Shown one piece after another: positions 24,341-30,652 of a DNA stretch of 30,652 bases. Under the pieces are notes generated by a model. The model saw only the letters and a program-made list of their open reading frames with translations, had not been told where the DNA came from and ran no database searches. Origin of the DNA: Octopus sinensis (lineage: Eukaryota); NCBI RefSeq assembly GCF_006345805.1, contig NW_021832497.1, positions 1 through 30,652 of the forward strand, read 5' to 3'. Each line of letters opens with the position of its first letter. Positions within the stretch are counted from its first letter, which is position 1. The position numbers and the translations under genes were made by a program.

Positions 24341-25480
24341 TTGGGTGGTCTGGAAAATTCGTGCCGATTTTTAAAGGAAATACTTGCCATTATATTTTTA
24401 ATCAACCAAATATGAACCATTTTGTTGCACAATGCGTCTCCATCTTTCCTTTAACTTGAAAATACCCTCTTCCCAGAACTGAGGTGGTTTCATAGCAACG
24501 AATTCATCAATGTATCTTTTTACGTCATCCAAAGAATTGAAATTTTTAGCATTAAGACTATTCTGCAGAGACCTGAATAAGAAGAAATCCAAAGGAGCAA
24601 TGCCTGGTGAATATGGCGGGTAGGGTAACACATCCCAGCCGACCTGCAGCAATTTTCTACTGGTTCCCGAAGAAACGTGCGGTCTTGCATTATCATGTTG
24701 AAAAACAACACCCTTCCCGTTGGACAATTCTGGACGTTCCTCTTGAATTGCTGCTTTTAACTCGTCCAGTTATGTGCAGTATTTCTCATAATTAATTGGT
24801 TGGTTATTTGGGAGAAGCGTATAGTAATGAATTCCTTTCCAGTCTCACCAGACACAAAGCAAGATTTTTTAGGGTGAAGACCCGATTTTGGGGTGGCTAA
24901 GAGTGGCTCATGTCACTTACTCCAAGATCGCTTTCTCTGAACATTTCGGTACATAATCCATTTCTCGTTACCTGTCACAATTTGCTTTAAAAAAAGCACG
25001 TTTTCATTCCGTTTATAAAGGGAAACACAGATGGAAATGCGATCCAAAAGGTTTCTCTCAACTCATGTGATACCCAAACATCGTAGCCATTTGAATACCC
25101 AAGCTTTACCAGGTGCTCATGAATGACGGAATCCGATAGGATGAGGCTCTCTGCCAATTCTCAGGTTGTTCAATGTGGGTTATTCTCAATTAATGACTTG
25201 ATTTGGTCCTCATCTGTAGTGAATGGTCTGCCTGATTACTCTTTATCAATAAGGCTGCAATCTCCAGCTTGGAACCTTGCGAACCACTTCCTTACAGTTC
25301 TTTCGGATAAAGAAACATCACCGTTGACTGCGGGTATTTCTTTGGTTGTTTGTGATGCATTTTTCCACTGTGCACTAAATGGAGATATAGTCCAATCCTA
25401 TTTTATGGACTTCACCATGTTCTAAAATAAGTCGAAAGGTAAGCTATTATAAATCGGCACGAACTTTCTGAACAACCCAA
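24341..25480 (-). mobile_element. Mariner (DD34D) element with both TIRs and a pseudogenised transposase
   Basis: TIRs at 24341-24370 and 25451-25480, with TA on the left and CA on the right. Motifs: WVSHEL, IVTGNEKW, HDNARPH and YSPGIAPLD, with 34 residues between the last two D. Stops and frameshifts throughout. Confidence 0.95.
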
Positions 25481-25482
25481 CA

Positions 25483-25613
25483 TATGTATGCATGTATGTA
25501 TGTATGTATGTATATATGTATGTATGCATGCATGTATGTATGCATGTATGTATGTATGTATGTATGTATGTATGTATGTATGTATGTATGTATGTATGTA
25601 TGTATGTATGTAT
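25483..25613. repeat. (TATG)n microsatellite
   Basis: Seen directly. Confidence 0.95.
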
Positions 25614-25860
25614 GAGAGACCTGCATGGGGTGGACGCAGATATATTTAAAATAAAACTGGATCTCTTACTGTCAGGTGTCCCAGATGGACCAACTTCACG
25701 GCAGGAGGTGCAGATGCAGGCAGCTGCGTCGCTCTCTCTCATGCACCAAATGGCAATTGCTAAAAAGCATTCGTGAAGTAAAATCATGTAGCAACACCAA
25801 ATGGCGGTGCCCCGGCATGGCCACAGCTCATGAGTTGAAACTAGATGATATAAAAATTTA
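25614..25860 (+). mobile_element. LINE 3' end (ORF2 C-terminus and 3' UTR)
   Basis: [27 protein letters not shown] fits the FKxxLD.....PD.P pattern of LINE C-termini. The tail GGCGGTGCCCCGGCATGGCCACAG is shared with SINEs in this window. Confidence 0.75.
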
Positions 25861-26426
25861 AAAGATGTATGTATGTGTGTTCGTATGTATGCATGCATGT
25901 ATGTATGCATGAATGTTTGCCTACATGTATGTATGTATGTTTGTATGTATGTGTCACTTCGTGTATTTTAGATTTGAATCCGTAGTAGCTTAGATTACGA
26001 ACCAGTTCATGTCATCCAGATAATAAGGGATTACATTGATAAAGTGTGTCCCAAAATATTCAACATTCTGCAAAGCATGCACATATAAATCTTGTATTAG
26101 ATAACCTCCAGAGAAATCAAAGGAAGAAAGACATTCGCATTTATTTCTAAGTATCAGAAATAATTTCATGATTTCCGCACATAGCGATATCGAACAGAAC
26201 TACATATGTGAGTGTCTGTGTATGAGAAAGAGAGAGAGAGAGAGAGGGAGAGGGAGAGAGAGAGAGAGAGAAAGTCAGAGACAGAGATAGACAGAGAAAG
26301 AAAGAAAGAGAATGTCTGTGTGTGCGCTCGTGTGTATATATGTGAGTATATATTATACATGTATATATATCTATGCATGCATGAATGTATATATGTATAC
26401 ATGCATACATATATACACACACACAA

Positions 26427-26476
<50 letters not shown>

Positions 26477-26539
26477 GGCATACATATATATATGTATATA
26501 TATACACACTTACATACATATATATGTGTCTATATATAT

Positions 26540-26571
<32 letters not shown>

Positions 26572-26870
26572 CTTGTATATACATACCTCTGTAATCAAGG
26601 GGTGCATAAATAGAACTTGATTAATTCGATGAAAATGTTATGATTTTCTTTATTCAGTAGGATTTTTTATGGTTTCGATGTAGGTTTCTGAATGCGAGGG
26701 AAAAACTATAGGATTGTTCTAAGACATTTTCCACAATAGTTTACATCGAACGAAAACCCAGTGAATTAATAAAAATAGCAAGCAATAGATTAATCAATTT
26801 TCTAACAAACCAACTATCTACGATAGTCTCTATATACCCATACATATGAACATACGCAGAAATACATTCA

Positions 26871-26938
<68 letters not shown>

Positions 26939-27800
26939 GCTTCTATACATTGGAGTTGACTATGCTCAAAACTGAGACGCAGGATTGGTGCCAGTTCGTG
27001 CGTTGCTGCGTTCTAAGTCTTTGCTTTCCGCGAGAGAAAATTGAATGTTGCATCTAATTTTTCATTTTTGAAGCGCAAACGTGGCCCTTTAAGTGATCTT
27101 AATTTTGGTAATCCACCAAACAGTTGTCATAACACTGCTCTCCTAAATGGAACCCTTACCTGTTATTCTGGTTTCAAGGCGAGAAGCAAAGGAGAACACT
27201 CAGGTAAACAAATGCTACACAAGCGCACGGAGACAGAGCTGATAGTTAGGAGCGCCGAGTGAATATCGTGGCTCTCTGTAGATAAGTCTACTTGATGCTG
27301 AGTATCTTGCATCGGGGGTCACTGAAACTGCAGAGAAAACAAGGCAGGGAAGTAGTATTCTCCCTGTCCCTAGATCTGAACGAGTGTATATGCTAGGTGT
27401 GTCTTCTCTTGAAGGCATTAGCTGTAATACCCTTGTAGAGCCTAGTAATGACATCGGATGGTGTAAGGGTAGCTCTGTATACTACGTCTCATAAGAGGCA
27501 GGATCCTTCTAGCAGTCACATGGAGGTGTTTCGCCAGTTGCTTGTCGATGGTGGGGCTGGTGAGGGTGCCTTTCTGTCTCTTTATTCGAGTGATGTTAAA
27601 TGCGATGTTGTCTGGTCAGGTGTATCACTCCATGACATTACTAGGTTTGAAGAGCTTATAATACTGGTGGCCTCTACGGAAAAACTTCTTAATTAACACG
27701 AGGAAGCCCCTAGATACGTTGGGGAAACCTAGGTTGAAAGGAGAGTTACACCATATATTTATCCTTTTTTTTCCATTTTGGGCTAAGGAGAGGGCATCAA
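26939..27800 (-). mobile_element. Penelope-like element 3' fragment (Naiad-like GIY-YIG region plus 3' non-coding part)
   Basis: Minus strand: KKRINIWCNSPFN...FLVLIKKFF..HQYYKLFKPSNV, then LEGSCLL*DVVYRATL...LYKGITANAFKRRHT*HIHSF...NTTSL, then YQLCL. It ends at a (TA)n run. Confidence 0.78.
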
Positions 27801-28203
27801 TTATCAATCCCCAACGCTTACAATTCCCCAACAGTTACGAAACCCGACGCTTCCCAACGCTTACCAATCACGAACGCTTGTTATGACCAGGTATACTCAT
27901 GCATGTTCCCGCATGTGAGTACGCATTTACAGCCGCGTACATGCATGAGCGCACACTAATATTCATGCGTACATGCATGGATGGATGTGTATTTAGATAT
28001 GTATATATAAATGAATACGCGTTTGTGTGTGAGCAGCGCGTACATGTGTATACATGTGTGCATTTGCGTGTACATGCGTATGCATAAATGTGTATACGCG
28101 TCTATGTGTGAGTGCGGTAATAACAGTCAGCTTCCTTCATTCAAACTCAAAATAAATGAGTACTAGCATCACATTTGAAATTCGGAGTACGAACGAATGT
28201 GAA

Positions 28204-28241
<38 letters not shown>

Positions 28242-28257
28242 GCACACACACAGAGTT

Positions 28258-28296
28258 TTGTCCGACGAACGGGTTACGTGAAACTCTGAGTAACAG
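28258..28296 (+). ncRNA. Minimal type I hammerhead motif (U4C)
   Basis: TTGT, CCGACGA (28262-28268), ACG-GGTTA-CGT, GAAA (28280-28283), CTCTGA-GTA, ACAG. All three helices pair; one core substitution. Confidence 0.65.
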
Positions 28297-28406
28297 TTTT
28301 TGTGATATTTTAGATGCTTTTCAAAGAAGCATATTACTCAACCTCTGGTTTTCGAGTGCTAATTTTTCCACTTTGTTTCGCATTTAGGTGCTTACTCTGA
28401 TATGTA

Positions 28407-29050
28407 CAGGGTTGGACAAAATAAAGGAAACACCTTAAAATTCAAAGTAAATTAATTTTAATATTGGGTAGGACCGCCTTGGCAGTAATTACAGCTTGAA
28501 ATCTCCGTGCATGGACTCGTACTAAATTTGAATTGTTTCCAAAGGAATTGTTGTCCATTCTTGAGCTAAAACGGTCTCCGGTTCTTGTAGTGATGATTGT
28601 GGAAGATATCGACTCCTTACCTGTTTATCTAAAATGCGCAATAAATGTTGAATAATACTGGGATCCGAGGACCGTTGTAGCCAGATAACATGTTCAACTT
28701 CAATAGAATGTTCCTCGTGCATTCAGAAAGAAATTTAGGTGTGTGAATTGGTGCATTATCATCCTGAAAGATTGCGATTCCCTCCGGAAATAGTTCGTAA
28801 CCATAGGATGAATTTGATGAGATAAAATGCTTAAATAGTCTTGATTATTAATTCTGTTGTGAAGTGCCGGCGGATTTCCAAGATATAGCCCAACAGATCA
28901 TCAGCAATTCTCCTCTATGTTAATCAGTTGGAAGAAGGCAGCTGTCTCCACACCCATACTCGGCCGGTGGTTGGATATATGGTAAAGGGTGACTTGGTTA
29001 AACTCTAAGTCGTTTGTTTTCCCAAAGCTCTAGATATTTCAATATATTTG
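28407..29050 (-). mobile_element. Tc1-like transposon, 3' part (same family as 13118-13870)
   Basis: TA then TIR CAGGGTTGGACAAAATAAAGGAAACACCT. Minus-strand AIFQDDNAPIHT and WLQRSSDPSIIQHL (a decayed WPxQSPDLNxIE). Confidence 0.88.
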
Positions 29051-29159
29051 CATAGAGAAAGCAAACGGACACACGCACACATACTCTTATATATCTTGCA
29101 TACACACAAACTCACATGCATACAAACAGACGCGTACACAAGTAGATGTACACACAGTA

Positions 29160-29764
29160 TAATAAAAGCCATAGCCACTCATTATAAATACGAGTGTTGG
29201 TGCAATGTCCTAGCGAAACCCTCAAAATATGTAAGCAAAACAGGTTGATATAACGATTTGGGATATAGAAGAGATACTGTGTAGAGTTGTGCCCAGCGCA
29301 TGTTAACATCAAGCTTGAAGATCAGTGAAAAACAAAACACCGGGTAGAAGAGCAGTCCAGTACTAAGGAGTAGCAGCAACAGCCTGAAACCAGGACTCGT
29401 CTACTGGTCCCGTCGCTAGGAGATGGTAGAGGTTCCTTCCCCTGTTTGCAATCTTATCAGATCCAGTTGTGCGTGGTTAACCAGCTACAGAAGATGTCCG
29501 CTTGGGATTAAAAAATCGCAGAGGAATCCATACGATTAACTATTGAGAAATATGCTGTTAATATATCCATATTACAAGTCCAGGTATATACCTGTAATTA
29601 TTGGGGCCCTGGGATCTGTAACACACTGTCTAAATACTAATTTTGATGAATTGAGTTTCTCAAAACCAGAAAGGGGAAATCTAATTCAAAGATTACAAAC
29701 CAAATCCATCACTTTAATTGTACAAATCTCTGCAAGTTTCCAAAAGTTTATCATTTCAATATAG
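29160..29764 (+). mobile_element. 3' fragment of a restriction-like-endonuclease non-LTR retrotransposon (R4/NeSL-like)
   Basis: ECWCNV...DITIWDIEE...PAHVNIKLKISEK...LLRNMLLIYP...IPVIIGALG resembles the RLE C-terminus (PDI..D...E..K, PVIIGALG). Decayed. Confidence 0.7.
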
Positions 29765-29855
29765 CATGTCTTGATATGCAAGTATATGCATGAGAATACT
29801 TATATAAAGCAAAACATAGAAATCTGCACATATGCATACACTAAAAACAAAAATA

Positions 29856-29932
29856 CCTTGAGCAAATGTCTTCTACTGTAGCCTCACGCCGACCAAAGCC
29901 TTCTGAGTGGATTTGGTAGACGGAAACTGAAA
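29856..29932 (+). mobile_element. Internal SINE fragment
   Basis: Matches ~30024-30100 of the adjacent SINE. Confidence 0.8.
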
Positions 29933-29949
29933 TACTATATATATATATA

Positions 29950-30360
29950 GGCGCAGGAGTGGCTGTGTGGTAAGTAGCTTGCTAACCAACCACATGGTTC
30001 AGGGTTCAGTCCCACTGCGTGGCACCTTGGGCAAGTGTCTTCTACTATAGCCTTGGGCCGACCAAAGCCTTGTGAGTGGATTTGGTAGACGGAAACTGAA
30101 AGAAGCCTGTCGTATATATGTATATATATCTATGTATGTGTGTGTTGTTTGTATGTCTGTGTTTGTCCCCTAGCATTGCTTGACAACCGATGCTGGTGTG
30201 TTACGTCCCCGTCACTTAGCGGTTCAGCAAAAGAGACTGATAGAATAAGTACTGGCTTACAAAGAATAGTCCCGGGGTCGATTTGTTCGACTAAAGGCGG
30301 TGCTCCAGCATGGCCGCAGTCAAATGACTGAAACAAGTAAAAGAGTAAAGAGTAAAGAGT
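29950..30360 (+). mobile_element. Full-length tRNA-derived SINE (octopus-type, CORE-like central domain)
   Basis: A-box TGGCTGTGTGGT, B-box GGGTTCAGTCCC, central ACCTTGGGCAAGT, internal microsatellite, LINE-like tail and (AAAGAGT)n end. Confidence 0.95.
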
Positions 30361-30652
30361 ATATATATAATTATATGTAAATATATCTATGTATGTGCGA
30401 CTTTGGGTCTGTGTTTGTTCCACCCATGATCGTTGAACAACCGACCTTGAAGTAGAAACTGGCTCTTTCTCTATTGGGAAGAAATTTTGAAATAAAACTG
30501 AACAATGACATACATATACATACACTCATACCTACATACATACACACATAAATACATACAAAACATGCATACATATATTTACATACGCAAGCAAACGCGT
30601 AAGCTATCACGTACACTCAAGCACACAACAAGGTCTCACACAGGCAACGCCG

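Noticed and set aside
1450-26950. Many ORFs rich in Y/I/C/V/M/H/T
   Set aside because: They are translations of (TA)n, (TG)n and (TATG)n microsatellites.
27160-27212. Hammerhead in the Naiad-like PLE 3' region
   Set aside because: Only a GAAAC..ATA-ACAG remnant is visible; there is no CUGANGA box or helix II.
13118-29050. Two Tc1 TIRs as the ends of one large composite element, or one element split by an inversion
   Set aside because: The TIRs are in the same orientation and the fragments overlap in transposase coordinates, so they are independent copies.
29950-30020. tRNA gene calls at SINE heads
   Set aside because: The A/B boxes continue into SINE bodies and no full cloverleaf is evident.
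1-30652. CRISPR arrays or prokaryotic operons
   Set aside because: There is no repeat-spacer structure, and the sequence is eukaryotic repeat-rich DNA.

Overview
AT-rich, microsatellite-laden eukaryotic DNA with no host protein-coding gene that I can support. The tRNA-headed SINEs resemble octopus/coleoid SINEs, so a cephalopod origin is inferred from recall, not from a search. Almost all ORFs in the supplied track are microsatellite translations. The window is mostly decayed transposons: several Penelope-like elements (PLEs), mariner DD34D and Tc1 relics, a non-autonomous Helitron, LINE 3' ends and many SINEs. The most notable signal is RNA structure. There are six type I hammerhead ribozyme (HHR) motifs. 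Three have canonical cores and an unusually long, structured helix II (54-64 nt), two are U3-A8 compensatory core variants and one is a minimal motif with U4C. One HHR sits in a 486-bp unit with near-identical 113-bp terminal direct repeats and no ORF, which resembles a retrozyme. The window also holds a ~198-bp near-perfect palindrome, PLE-type inverted repeats, a fold-back of a LINE tail and a ~970-bp tandem duplication. All pairings were read by eye; no folding, alignment or database search was run.
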